Shown here: positions 37,284 through 47,749 of the stretch, in pieces
Numbering within the stretch: position 1 is the stretch's first letter
Layout of the letters: every line of letters starts with the position of its first letter
DNA from: an uncultured Calditrichota bacterium
GTDB taxonomy: Bacteria; Calditrichota; Calditrichia; JAJRVZ01
Direction of reading: 5' to 3'
NCBI GenBank assembly: GCA_964489835.1
Contig: CAZBBC010000008.1
Span: 10,992 to 74,991, forward strand
Length of the DNA: 64,000 nucleotides
Notes under the pieces: generated by a model
Told to the model about the DNA's origin: nothing
Databases searched by the model: none
The model's input: only the letters and a program-made list of their open reading frames with translations
Translations under genes and position numbers: made by a program

Positions 37284-38165
37284 TTATTTAGATAACAGGA
37301 TAGGTTTTACTGCTCCGCGCATGACCTCTACCGTAGTGCTGCCGAGGATGGCCTCTCTAATTCTTGAATGTCCGTATCTACCCATAATTAAAAGTGTCGG
37401 TTTTGGTGCATCGACAGTAACCTTGGTTAATATTTTACCGACATCACCAACTTCATGACGAAATTTTGATTCAACATCATATGGTTTTAAGTATATGCGT
37501 GCTTCTTCCAACGTTTCCTGCCGTTCTCTCTCATCATCATGAATGGTCAGCACTTCAATGGGAAGATTTAATTCTTCGGCTAAATAAGCCGTCAGTTTTA
37601 ATCCATTGTTGCTTGATTCTCCCCGGTCATATGCACAGGTAATCGACTGAAACGGTTGATACGATTTATCTACGATCATCAATGGGGAAAGAATCTGGCG
37701 TGAAACCGATTCAAGGGTCGCGCCCAGCAAGCGATCACCCCAGCGGGCATAATCGCCGCGAGCCCCTAGAATAACCAGATCCACTTTTCGTGAAATATCG
37801 CAAATAACCTCCTCCGGAGCTCCTTCTAATTTATCTGCTTCAAAGTTTACATTATTTTTCTTCAATTTTTTCCGGAGACTATTTATCAACACTTCTGCTC
37901 TTTCAGTGTGAAACTTATGAGACTCATCATGGAAAACATTTGCCGGAATCACCGGCATATAACCTTCCCCACCGGTATTCAGGACCCATTCATAAATCCT
38001 TATATCGATAACGGTGTAAACACGAAGAAACGCATTCAGTTTTTTGGCGAGATCGATCCCATAATCAATGACCGAATCGGTATAAATAGATCCATCCACT
38101 GCCAATAAAATGGATTTTATCATTTTCACTCCTAAAAAAAAGTTGGTAGTTTGAAAGAAAACCAC
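37284..38165 (-). CDS. Universal stress protein, tandem UspA domains.
   Basis: MIKSILLAVDGS... and a second domain ending GSTTVEVMRGAVKPILLSK. Likely true start at MIKSIL (38124). Confidence 0.8.
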   Translation of the reverse strand: MVFFQTTNFFLGVKMIKSILLAVDGSIYTDSVIDYGIDLAKKLNAFLRVYTVIDIRIYEWVLNTGGEGYMPVIPANVFHDESHKFHTERAEVLINSLRKKLKKNNVNFEADKLEGAPEEVICDISRKVDLVILGARGDYARWGDRLLGATLESVSRQILSPLMIVDKSYQPFQSITCAYDRGESSNNGLKLTAYLAEELNLPIEVLTIHDDERERQETLEEARIYLKPYDVESKFRHEVGDVGKILTKVTVDAPKPTLLIMGRYGHSRIREAILGSTTVEVMRGAVKPILLSK

Positions 38166-38336
38166 AGATTACACGGGGTAATTTATTAATTTTAATTATG
38201 TTAATACTGTTTCTCATTAGCTCAGGAAATTATTTGCCCAATAATATGTTTGAAAGGAAATTCTTTAAGAATTCTCAGAGTAATTCTCTGAGGTCTCTGT
38301 GGTTTTCTAATCCAGTTTTACATATAACTACGAACG

Positions 38337-39338
38337 TTAACTCCAGTCTTCAAGTTTTGAAGCCCGGGTCATCAGTTCCTTCATCGCTTCCACCGGTGGT
38401 TTCTCCTCGAAAAGCGTTTCGTATACCTGTTTCGTAATGGGCATTTCTATATTTTCTCTTTGCGACAGTTCATAAGCTGAAGCTGTGGTTTTAACTCCTT
38501 CTGCGACCATAACCATCTCATTCAGCACATCCTGTAATGTTCTGCCTTTTCCGATCTGTTCCCCAACATATCGGTTTCTGGAGTGCCGGCTCATACAGGT
38601 GACAATAAGATCTCCCATACCCGAAAGACCGGCAAATGTATTCGGATTTGCTCCCAGTTTAACTCCCAAACGGTTGATTTCGACAAGTCCTCTGGTTATT
38701 AATGCTGCTTTTGTGTTATCACCAAACCCGGCCCCATCACAAATACCGGCGGCAACAGCAATGATATTCTTCAAGGCACCGCCTAATTCCACACCGATAA
38801 TATCCAGATTTGCGTATACCCGGAAAAATGACGTCATAAACAGATCCTGCACCAGTGTTGCTGTGTATTTGTCTTTACTGGCTGATACAATCGCCGTTGG
38901 TATTCCCCGGCTGACTTCCTCTGCATGGCTGGGTCCGAATAAAACAGCAATATTATTTTCAGGAATTCCGCCCACCTGGTGAATAACCTCTGAAACGCGC
39001 AGAAGTGAATGATTTTCGATACCTTTCGCTACACTGACCCATATTAAATTTCTTCTGTTATTAAGATCCAGACTTTCAATCACTGATCGTACGGCATGGG
39101 AAGGAATAGCAACAACGATTACTTCTGCCATTGCAATACTTTCCTCCAGATTATTGCTGAATTCAATACCTTCGGGAATAGAAATTCCGGGTAGAAATTT
39201 CTTATTTTCTTTTTCCCTGTTAATGTTTTCCACATCATGTTGATCAAAGGACCAGCAGGTAACCTGATGATTATTCTGATGCAGGATCAATGCCAGGGTT
39301 GTTCCCCAACTCCCGGCGCCCAGGATGGTTACTCTCAA
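38337..39338 (-). CDS. gpsA: NAD(P)H-dependent glycerol-3-phosphate dehydrogenase.
   Basis: MRVTILGAGSWGTTLALIL Rossmann motif and GLVEINRLG, with plsY immediately upstream (classic plsY-gpsA pair). Confidence 0.9.
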   Translation of the reverse strand: MRVTILGAGSWGTTLALILHQNNHQVTCWSFDQHDVENINREKENKKFLPGISIPEGIEFSNNLEESIAMAEVIVVAIPSHAVRSVIESLDLNNRRNLIWVSVAKGIENHSLLRVSEVIHQVGGIPENNIAVLFGPSHAEEVSRGIPTAIVSASKDKYTATLVQDLFMTSFFRVYANLDIIGVELGGALKNIIAVAAGICDGAGFGDNTKAALITRGLVEINRLGVKLGANPNTFAGLSGMGDLIVTCMSRHSRNRYVGEQIGKGRTLQDVLNEMVMVAEGVKTTASAYELSQRENIEMPITKQVYETLFEEKPPVEAMKELMTRASKLEDWS

Positions 39339-40009
39339 AGGTTTGATCCTTTTTTAAATGAAATTTTATTTTCTGTTCCCTGAACCAGCCGGTTAATATT
39401 TTCCCGATGTGTCAGGACGATAAGAATCGACAGAAATAAACCAATAACAATATGAGGGATTGGAACGGTGAGATTGAGGGCAAATTTCTGCACGAATAAT
39501 ATCACCGGTAAAAGAAAAGCTGCGGTCATCGATCCAAGCGATACATACCGGGTGCGGTAGACAATCCCGATAAATACCAGCAGGCAAATGAACACCGGTA
39601 AAGGTTGCAGTCCAAAAAATACACCGGCAGCCGTACCAACACCTTTGCCTCCTTTAAATCCGGCAAATAGTGTTAATATATGACCAATGATGGCTGCAAC
39701 ACCGGCCATAATTTGATATATGGCTTTAGTATTGATATTACTGGTTTCCGGAATAATATTTACCAGCCAGTAAACGACAATAAAACCCTTCAGCATGTCA
39801 ATCAGCATGACCACCAGGGCAGCTTCCCAGCCTAAAACGCGTAAAACATTTGTTGCCCCGGCATTTCCGCTGCCGTGTTTCCGGATATCTATTCCCCTTA
39901 ATATTTTTCCGGCAATAACGGCCGTAGGAAATGAACCAATGAGATAGCTAAGCACAAGAACCAGTATAATTTCTAACATATGTGCTCCTTCAAACGGATA
40001 TTTGGGCAA
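39335..40009 (-). CDS. plsY: Glycerol-3-phosphate acyltransferase PlsY.
   Basis: LIGSFPTAVIAGKILRGIDIRKHGSGNAGATNVLRVLG is the PlsY signature. Overlaps gpsA by 4 nt. Confidence 0.85.
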   Translation of the reverse strand: MPKYPFEGAHMLEIILVLVLSYLIGSFPTAVIAGKILRGIDIRKHGSGNAGATNVLRVLGWEAALVVMLIDMLKGFIVVYWLVNIIPETSNINTKAIYQIMAGVAAIIGHILTLFAGFKGGKGVGTAAGVFFGLQPLPVFICLLVFIGIVYRTRYVSLGSMTAAFLLPVILFVQKFALNLTVPIPHIVIGLFLSILIVLTHRENINRLVQGTENKISFKKGSNL

Positions 40010-40112
40010 TGCTTTATCTTGACTAATCCCCTATTACATGATTGTGTATAATATATAAAATAAAATTGAAAATATCTTAAAAATCGGGGAATGGAAACCG
40101 GCGATTCAATAT

Positions 40113-41021
40113 TTACAGATACATATATTTTTGAAAATGTGCATCTCCAACGTATTTTTTCAAGGCCGTAATTCCTATTAAAGGATTCGTTGCGTAGGGT
40201 AGAAATGAAAAGGATTTCGTCTTGAATATCTTGTTAAATTCATTTTTATTGATCTTATTCCTGAATTTATTGACAATCATTTTATTGATCACCAACCCGA
40301 GTGAATTCAAATGCCTTTCAATATCACCAGATTCTGCAATTGAAAGTTTATCTTCATTTAAAACTACATTAATAGCTGTCTCATTTTCATCACAAAACTT
40401 TGTATGGGTTCTATAATAATCTTTCTGAAGAATTTTTAGCTGTTTGAGGATTTTGTCAGCTTCCGATTTATTCGGTGCCAAATGAATATTTTCAATAATC
40501 TTTTTTTTTGCCAGAATGCTTTGCCGTATCTGAATTAATTTTTCCATCCAGACCAGTGTCAGCTGCGGTAAATTAAAAAATCGCATCGCCAAGGCTGTTG
40601 GCGGCATATCAAATATTCGATAGGTGATGCGATCGTATTTTTTTTGTAACGATTCATAGGCATAGACCAGTGCATATTCTTCCAGCCCCGGAGAGTATCT
40701 TATTACTTGCAAATGTTTTTCGAGACTCAGGGAAGTTAAATACTGGTATGATCTTGAGATCTGTTGCTCTATTGATCTTAGATAGGTTTTGATCCAGTAA
40801 TCAATATCGATCTCTTCAATCGAAAGATGTTTATCTAATATTGTGGAATGCTTCTTTGATTTGATCTGGAAAACATCAAACAAATTATGTGCAGGATCCA
40901 TTGAAATAAGAGCAACCTCTGCTCCTTTTTCAACCAGAGCCAAAGCCGTTAAAGAGGCAATGGTGGTTTTTCCGCTGCCGCCTTTTCCAAGAAAAAAAAT
41001 GTTTTTAGTTTTCAATGTCAA
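40113..41021 (-). CDS. ArsA/GET3-family P-loop ATPase (orphan, no ArsB/ArsD partner in window).
   Basis: Deviant Walker A FFLGKGGSGKTTIAS and the ArsA/Get3 signature DPAHNLFDVF. 302 aa single-domain. Confidence 0.7.
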   Translation of the reverse strand: MTLKTKNIFFLGKGGSGKTTIASLTALALVEKGAEVALISMDPAHNLFDVFQIKSKKHSTILDKHLSIEEIDIDYWIKTYLRSIEQQISRSYQYLTSLSLEKHLQVIRYSPGLEEYALVYAYESLQKKYDRITYRIFDMPPTALAMRFFNLPQLTLVWMEKLIQIRQSILAKKKIIENIHLAPNKSEADKILKQLKILQKDYYRTHTKFCDENETAINVVLNEDKLSIAESGDIERHLNSLGLVINKMIVNKFRNKINKNEFNKIFKTKSFSFLPYATNPLIGITALKKYVGDAHFQKYMYL

Positions 41022-41023
41022 CT

Positions 41024-41305
41024 TTAACCAATATCAAGTTTGGAAAATAAATCAGATATTGGACCGGATGCGGCCGCTACTTTATTCAACATCAGGAGCA
41101 AATCTTCTTCCATATAGGGAAGCAAAGCCAGTGTGATATGTCCCGGCGCCGTGGGAATACCGACAAAAGAACCAAATACCAGCAAAGCAAAAACATTCTC
41201 CAGTTCAGAGGTTTCCCATTCCAGGACATCTGTTGCTTTGTGACGGGCTATCGAATTGAACAGATTACCTTTGTCTTTAAAAAATCCGGATAGTTTTTTA
41301 AGCAT
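41024..41305 (-). CDS. Hypothetical 93-aa protein, translationally coupled upstream of the ArsA-like ATPase.
   Basis: 2-nt gap to the ATPase start. Central hydrophobic segment VFALLVFGSFVGIPTAPGHITLALLPY. No family recognised. Confidence 0.4.
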   Translation of the reverse strand: MLKKLSGFFKDKGNLFNSIARHKATDVLEWETSELENVFALLVFGSFVGIPTAPGHITLALLPYMEEDLLLMLNKVAAASGPISDLFSKLDIG

Positions 41306-41454
41306 TATCTGTATTTTTATTAATTTTTTAATAAGCTACGTTTAAGTTAGTGTCAAAATTAATCACATATATTCTATATAAATTATTATTTTTAAAGAGT
41401 ATGAACTAATTCCCCCTTAGTAGGAATTGTTGCAGATTTGATTTATTGGCACAA

Positions 41455-41700
41455 TTTATCAGAATTGCATGATCTGTCTCCCCCTTGATAAAGGGGGACT
41501 AAGGGGGATATATACTCTTCTATGTTATTTATTTACAACCTCCTAACCCCCTTTTCTAAGGGGGAATAGATTTTACTTAATCGATGTTTCAAATGAACTT
41601 TTTCTAAAAAATAACCTAAACTCCAATAGCCCAATAAATGGGATTAGTCCCCCTTTTCAAAGGAGGAGACAGAGCTTTCATACATCAAAAGCTGCACGAA
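41455..41700. repeat. Family C repeat cluster (poly-C/poly-G hairpin modules).
   Basis: tctcccccttgataaagggggactaagggggat (matches 61585-61620), ctcttctatgttatttatttacaacctcctaacccccttttctaagggggaat (matches 18461-18510), and gattagtcccccttttcaaaggaggagaca. Confidence 0.7.
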
Positions 41701-41771
41701 TAAAGTGAAACTGTAATAGCCCATGGTAATGAAGAGTTATTGATTTTTTTCATAAATCCAGGTATTACTCC

Positions 41772-43511
41772 TTATTCTGATGAGGCTCCAGCTTCCGTCA
41801 AGGTAGTTTTTTCTCGTGTAAAGAATTTCACCAAACCCTCGATAATGATCCAGGTCACAATCAGAATGATGGCCGAATTGATCACCTGGAGAAGAATATT
41901 ATTATCGGCGCCAAATTCGATTTGATTCATTAATGACGCCCAGAGAGTCATTACGGACATAAATACAGCCGGAATACCTGTTATCAACCATTTCAGACCA
42001 TTTTTTTTGCGCAGATACAGCGTGGCCAAAATAAGAGCAAGCGCAGCCAATGTCTGGTTAACCGCTCCGAACAGAGGCCAGAGGGTCAGGGCACCCTTCC
42101 CATCGGCACCTGAGGCAAAAGCCAGCAGAGCAGCGGAAATAACAGCAGCAGAAGTAGCTACATGGCGATTTTCGACATGTTTGATCTTTAAATCAGAACC
42201 CAGCTCACTGATAACATACCTTTGAATTCTGGTGGCCGTATCAAGAGTTGTTCCGGCAAAAGAGGCGACAAAGACACCCATGATGACTACGGCAACACCA
42301 TGAGGAATTCCCAACGCTGAAATCATATTAGCAGCACCGATGACGAAAGCACTGATTTTTGATCCAAGTCCGGCGGCAGCGGTCCAGGAAGAATAGTGAC
42401 TCGACCAGGCGCTGATACCGGTTAAAGTCTCGCCATTGGTTGAGTATCCCATACCAATGCCGGCGGCAACGGCGATAATTACCAGGGTAGCCAGTGCTCC
42501 CTCAATAAGCATCGAACCATAACCAACAAATAAAGAATCGCTTTCATGTTGCACCTGTTTTGCGGATGTTCCCGATGCGACCAAAGAATGGAAACCGGAA
42601 ATTGCCCCGCAAGCGATCGTAATAAAAAGAAATGGCCAAACCGGAGGCGCGTCCGGCGGGGAAAATTGAACCGCCGGGGCAACCATTTCCATCCCACCAA
42701 AAATTGTTGCGATGATAACTCCCAATGCCAGTAAGAACATAGCAATTAGAAGTTGATAAGCATTGATGAAATCTCTTGGTTGTAAAAGTGTTGTCACCGG
42801 CAGGACAGAGGCAATATAAGCATATATAAACAGAATGATCGTCCAAACACCGGTCGCCGGTAATCCGAAGACTGCGGGCATCGTAATGGGTAAATAGCTG
42901 CCGATTATCATCGTGAGATACAATAAAATAACAGCAATAATTGACCAGAAAAATACATCCCTGCCCTTTTTGTAAATCAAATGACCCAGGTAAATGGCAA
43001 TTGGAATTTGCAGCCAAACGGCTAAAACGGAGGTCGGAAACATGCTAAAAATGATCGCTATGACGAGACCAAATATAGCAATAACGATCCATAACGTTAA
43101 AAATACAATCAAAAAAAAGAAGACACGTGTACGCCGGTTAATATATTTCGCAGTAATTTCAGAAATTGATTTACCGTCATTCCGCATGGAAATGATCAAC
43201 GAACTAAAATCATGAACCGCTCCCATAATCGCAGAGCCAAGGAAAACCCAAATCACAGCTGGTATCCATCCCCAAATAATGGCAATGGCCGGTCCAACAA
43301 TAGGGCCGGTGCCGGCAATGGAAGTAAAATGATGACCGAAAATGATTTCCTTGCGCGTGGGGACATAATCGACACCATCCTCCAGCCGGACGGATGGTGG
43401 GATCCGGCTATCTGATATTCCGAATATTTTCTTGCCGATAAATTTCCCGTAAAAACGATAAAAAAGCATATACCCGATAAATGTTAAGATCATTACCGTT
43501 ATGGCTAACAT
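41772..43511 (-). CDS. cstA: Carbon starvation protein A (peptide/pyruvate transporter family).
   Basis: N-terminus ...VDYVPTRKEIIFGHHFTSIAGTGPIVGPAIA is the CstA hallmark. About 16 TM. Confidence 0.85.
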   Translation of the reverse strand: MLAITVMILTFIGYMLFYRFYGKFIGKKIFGISDSRIPPSVRLEDGVDYVPTRKEIIFGHHFTSIAGTGPIVGPAIAIIWGWIPAVIWVFLGSAIMGAVHDFSSLIISMRNDGKSISEITAKYINRRTRVFFFLIVFLTLWIVIAIFGLVIAIIFSMFPTSVLAVWLQIPIAIYLGHLIYKKGRDVFFWSIIAVILLYLTMIIGSYLPITMPAVFGLPATGVWTIILFIYAYIASVLPVTTLLQPRDFINAYQLLIAMFLLALGVIIATIFGGMEMVAPAVQFSPPDAPPVWPFLFITIACGAISGFHSLVASGTSAKQVQHESDSLFVGYGSMLIEGALATLVIIAVAAGIGMGYSTNGETLTGISAWSSHYSSWTAAAGLGSKISAFVIGAANMISALGIPHGVAVVIMGVFVASFAGTTLDTATRIQRYVISELGSDLKIKHVENRHVATSAAVISAALLAFASGADGKGALTLWPLFGAVNQTLAALALILATLYLRKKNGLKWLITGIPAVFMSVMTLWASLMNQIEFGADNNILLQVINSAIILIVTWIIIEGLVKFFTREKTTLTEAGASSE

Positions 43512-43711
43512 ATAGTTCTCACTTTTTTATTTAGAGTAAACTGCAATCAGAAACCAGAAAGCTGAATGACGAAAGCAGAAATCCGTAAGCTAAAAACCGA
43601 AATCCTAACTGCTTACTGCCTTCTGCTCTCGGCTTTCTTACTTCCTACTTCTTACTTATAGTTTCTGCCTATAGTTTCTGCCTATGGCGATATGAAAACC
43701 CCGGTCAATCT

Positions 43712-44713
43712 TTAAATCACCTCACCTACAAAATACGGTGTATGGGATTTTTCTTCCTTTACAAAATCATAAAACGATTGTGCTTCATTTTTTGGAATAA
43801 TAAATACAAGCCCGATGCCCATATTAAAAGCTCTTCTCATTTCTTCTACTGGTACCCTGCCCAATCTTTGTATTAAAGAAAAGACCATTGGAACTGTCCA
43901 GTTTGACCAATTAATAGTCAGAAATAAATCATCCCCAAGCAGACGCTTGGTATTTCCTTCAATTCCACCGCCGGTAATATGAGAAATACCATGAATCTGA
44001 AATTTTTTTATTGCTTTCTGTATTATATTTAAATAACTCAAATGTACCTTCAGTAATTCCTCTCCAATGGTACATCCAAGATCTTCCACATAGGTTTTCA
44101 CTTGATAATGTTGGAACAGTACTTTTCTTGCCAATGAATAGCCGTTAGTATGCAGACCGTTTGATTTGAGGCCGATCAACACGTCGGATTTTGAAATTCG
44201 GCTTCCATCAATCACCCCATTCTTTTCGACAATACCCACAATCGTTCCGGACAGATCATATTCACCTGCCTGGTACATATCGGGCATTTCCGCTGTCTCA
44301 CCGCCAATAAGGGCGCATTGATTATTTTTGCATCCACGAACAAAACCTGATATAACATCATGAAAGACGATTGACTGTAATTTTGCAGTAGCATAATAAT
44401 CCAGGAAAAAGAGGGGTACTGCCCCACTGACCGCTATATCATTGACACAGTGATTGACCAGATCTTCCCCCACCGTATCGTGTTGATCCATTATGAAGGC
44501 AACTTTTAATTTTGTTCCCACACCATCTGTACTGGATACCAATACCGGCTGTTTATATGTATTTATATCCAACAAATACATACCACCAAAACTTCCCAGA
44601 TCGGTCAGGACGTTCTGGTTATGAGTCATTCGTACCTGTGCTTTAATTTCCTTAATGGCTTTTTCCCCTTCTTCAATATCGACGCCGGCTCCTTTATATG
44701 TTTCTTCTGACAC
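43712..44713 (-). CDS. purM: Phosphoribosylformylglycinamidine cyclo-ligase (AIR synthetase).
   Basis: YKGAGVDIEEGEKAIKEIK, DLGSFGGMY, and VLVSSTDGVGTK. Confidence 0.9.
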   Translation of the reverse strand: MSEETYKGAGVDIEEGEKAIKEIKAQVRMTHNQNVLTDLGSFGGMYLLDINTYKQPVLVSSTDGVGTKLKVAFIMDQHDTVGEDLVNHCVNDIAVSGAVPLFFLDYYATAKLQSIVFHDVISGFVRGCKNNQCALIGGETAEMPDMYQAGEYDLSGTIVGIVEKNGVIDGSRISKSDVLIGLKSNGLHTNGYSLARKVLFQHYQVKTYVEDLGCTIGEELLKVHLSYLNIIQKAIKKFQIHGISHITGGGIEGNTKRLLGDDLFLTINWSNWTVPMVFSLIQRLGRVPVEEMRRAFNMGIGLVFIIPKNEAQSFYDFVKEEKSHTPYFVGEVI

Positions 44714-44749
44714 GGATACCTCCGAATTCTGATTATTCGAATATACGGA

Positions 44750-45286
44750 CTAGTAAATCACTTCACTCAATTGTTCCAGATACCTTTTTCTGATGGCATT
44801 AAAAAACCTGATATTTTCTTTATTCTGATAATCCGGATAGGTCCAGGGTTGGGATTGAAACGTTCCATTGCAAAACTGAAGGTGAATATCACCATATATA
44901 TTTTTATTCAAATAAATGCGATGGCTATAATTCTTTGTTGTCGCTAAGACCAGTTTTGCCGGACAGATATAACCGGGATCAATATTTACCAGGCGTTTTT
45001 TATTTACCGTAAATATTTTTTCCACCTTATTTGTGATTATTTTTACAAAAGGAAGCTTTTCAGGTTTCATCAATTCAGAGAAACAAATAAACATTTTATT
45101 CAGTTGATTGCCCATTTCTTCCTGATAATAAGAGGTATATGCTGAGAATTCATAGACATTCGACTTTATCTCAATTGTGGAAAATTTATTTTCCAGATCA
45201 GAGAATAATATTCCAGGATTAAAAGACGGGCAATAGGTAACGGCAGCGAAATATTTTACCGGCGGGTGTAATCTTAGCGTCCCCAT
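44750..45286 (-). CDS. Conserved hypothetical protein (DUF4416-like?).
   Basis: 178-aa soluble ORF. Family assignment from memory only. 36-nt gap to purM suggests co-transcription. Confidence 0.4.
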   Translation of the reverse strand: MGTLRLHPPVKYFAAVTYCPSFNPGILFSDLENKFSTIEIKSNVYEFSAYTSYYQEEMGNQLNKMFICFSELMKPEKLPFVKIITNKVEKIFTVNKKRLVNIDPGYICPAKLVLATTKNYSHRIYLNKNIYGDIHLQFCNGTFQSQPWTYPDYQNKENIRFFNAIRKRYLEQLSEVIY

Positions 45287-45474
45287 GAGCGTTCAATTGG
45301 TCATTATTAGGCTTTTAATTTATTAGTATAATCGATTTATAATACCAGGGATGCATATAATATAAATACAGTGCGACTGCCAATTTCTCTGATGTATAGG
45401 ATTCACAGTCTTCCCTGACATAGTGTATGACTCAGATGGCCTCCACGCTTTGGGTGTAATCCCTATAGTTAGAA

Positions 45475-47277
45475 TTAACCTAACGATGAATCACTGTACA
45501 TCTCCTCTATCTGATCAGCGAATTTTTCCAGAACCACTTTTCTTTTTACCTTCAACGAGGGTGTCAGCTCTCCGGTTTCAATAGAAAATGAAGCATCGGC
45601 AAGAACAAATTCTTTCACGGTTTCATAACTGGCCAGATGATTATTTACTTCCTCGACATCTTTTTTTATCAGTTCTTTGACCTCGGGCATTTTTGCCAGA
45701 TCCCTGGTATTGGCATAGGAAATATTTTTCTCCTTGGCCCATTTCTCAAGGGATTCGAAGGCCGGAACAACTACTGCCGTACAATATTTGCGTTTGTCCC
45801 CGATAACCATCGCTTGTTCAATGTATTTGCAGGTTACCAGTTTATTTTCAATAGGTTGCGGAGCGATATTTTTTCCCCCGGATGTAACGATGATATTTTT
45901 CTTCCGGTCTGTAATCGTTAAACAACCATCATCATCAATAAAACCGATATCACCGGTATGGAACCATCCTTCTTCATCGATTGCTTCTTTTGTTTCCGCT
46001 TCTTTCTTAAAATATCCAACCATTACATGGGGTCCACGCGTCAGAATTTCACCATCATCAGAGATCTTTACTTCAATATTCGAAATAATCGGACCAACGG
46101 TTCCAAATTTAAAAAGTTCAGTCTTATTGACAGCGATGACAGGAGATGTCTCAGTCAAGCCATAACCCTCATAGATGATTAAACCGGCAGCACCAAAAAA
46201 TTCTGCAATTTCTTTTGCCAAAGGCGCTCCACCGGATATAAAGAAGCGGAGTTTGCCGCCAACGCGCTCGGCAAGTTTACTAAAAACAAGTTTATAGGCA
46301 ATATTTCGCTTAAAATTCAGACCACCGCTGATTGTCTTTTTATACATGACATTGTTTATATATTCACTGCCGACACCCAATGCCCAGTGAAATATCTTTC
46401 TTTTTATCGGTGATCCGGTCTCCACATTTTCAATAATACGGGTATAAATCTTTTCATATAACCGGGGTACACTGACCATGATGGTCGGTCTCACTTCTCC
46501 CATATTTTCCGCTACCGAATCAATACTAACCGCATAAGCAATGGTGCTTCCGGTATAATTCGCCAGAAAATGTCCGGCCATTCGTTCAAATACATGCGAC
46601 AGAGGTAAGAAAGAGAGAAAAAGATCATTCTCGTCAACATGCAAACATTCCAGTGCCGCTTCGATATTACTTAAAAAATTATTATGTGTTAAAATGGCCC
46701 CTTTTGGTTCGCCGGTCGTTCCAGAGGTATAGATAATTGTCGCGATATTATCCGGTTGTATTTTTTTTACCTGACTGGTAAGAAATCCGGAATTCTGGGT
46801 AAGATAGGCCTCCCCCTGATCCATTAACTTTTTTAATGAAATATGTTTGCTATCTTCCTTCACCGTTTCAAATGTAACCACCGACTGTATGGCCGGACAT
46901 GTATTCCTGGATGCATTCACTTTCGCGTATTGTTCCTCATCAGAACAGAGAACGGTAACGGCTTCACAATCATTGAGGATGTATTGTACATGTTCAGGAA
47001 GAAGAGAAGGATAAACAGGGACGGTAATTGCTCCAAGTGAGAGAATCGCAAAATCCGACCAGGCCCATTCATAACGATTGGCTGATAGTAAAGCAACCTT
47101 ATCCCCTGATTTTACTCCTAAGGTAGTTAAACCAGCAGCAATTTTTTCAACACTGTTTTTTGCATCATCAAAACTAAGAGAAAGATATTCATTTTCAAGC
47201 TTATACATATAGCCCGTACGATCACCAAACTTCTCTGCGGTGCTGAAAAACATTTCAGCCAGATTGTTGTAACGCAT
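45475..47277 (-). CDS. Long-chain-fatty-acid--CoA ligase (AMP-dependent synthetase).
   Basis: AMP-binding signature IIYTSGTTGEPKGAILTHNNF, GYGLTET, and a C-terminal domain. 600 aa. Confidence 0.85.
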   Translation of the reverse strand: MRYNNLAEMFFSTAEKFGDRTGYMYKLENEYLSLSFDDAKNSVEKIAAGLTTLGVKSGDKVALLSANRYEWAWSDFAILSLGAITVPVYPSLLPEHVQYILNDCEAVTVLCSDEEQYAKVNASRNTCPAIQSVVTFETVKEDSKHISLKKLMDQGEAYLTQNSGFLTSQVKKIQPDNIATIIYTSGTTGEPKGAILTHNNFLSNIEAALECLHVDENDLFLSFLPLSHVFERMAGHFLANYTGSTIAYAVSIDSVAENMGEVRPTIMVSVPRLYEKIYTRIIENVETGSPIKRKIFHWALGVGSEYINNVMYKKTISGGLNFKRNIAYKLVFSKLAERVGGKLRFFISGGAPLAKEIAEFFGAAGLIIYEGYGLTETSPVIAVNKTELFKFGTVGPIISNIEVKISDDGEILTRGPHVMVGYFKKEAETKEAIDEEGWFHTGDIGFIDDDGCLTITDRKKNIIVTSGGKNIAPQPIENKLVTCKYIEQAMVIGDKRKYCTAVVVPAFESLEKWAKEKNISYANTRDLAKMPEVKELIKKDVEEVNNHLASYETVKEFVLADASFSIETGELTPSLKVKRKVVLEKFADQIEEMYSDSSLG

Positions 47278-47439
47278 GATACCTCCATAATCAGATGATA
47301 TATCGGTGGGATTATTAGAATATAATTGGGAATTTAGGCAAGGATAAGCAAGGAAGCAATAAGAATATGATCCAATTGCCCCGACTTTTAGATATTGTGG
47401 GAGAAATATTATTTACCACGGAAATACACGGAAAATACA

Positions 47440-47545
47440 TAATAGAGAATAACTTATTTGTATAAATTTATCTATTGTTAAATAATTTTTTAATAATTCT
47501 GTTTCAGTCCGTGCAAATCCGTGGTTGATTTTTAATTTTTATACA
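47440..47545. repeat. CGTG-dyad repeat modules.
   Basis: ccacggaaatacacggaaaatac (47415-47437) and cagtccgtgcaaatccgtggttg (47506-47528, as in 61770 ttaatccgtgcaaatcagtg). Confidence 0.5.
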
Positions 47546-47749
47546 ACTTCTTTAAGTTGGGGCAAATTAGTGTTCAACTTGCCTGATACCATTAGGAGCG
47601 ATGACTAAATCTTTACCGGCAATATCCATCCAGGAATACAATTGAAAGGTCTGGTTATCCGACATTGCTACAAACAATCCTGCCAGAAACTGGTCATTAA
47701 AAACAGCATTGGATACCACAACTGCTTCGAGTAGAATATTCACAAAAAA

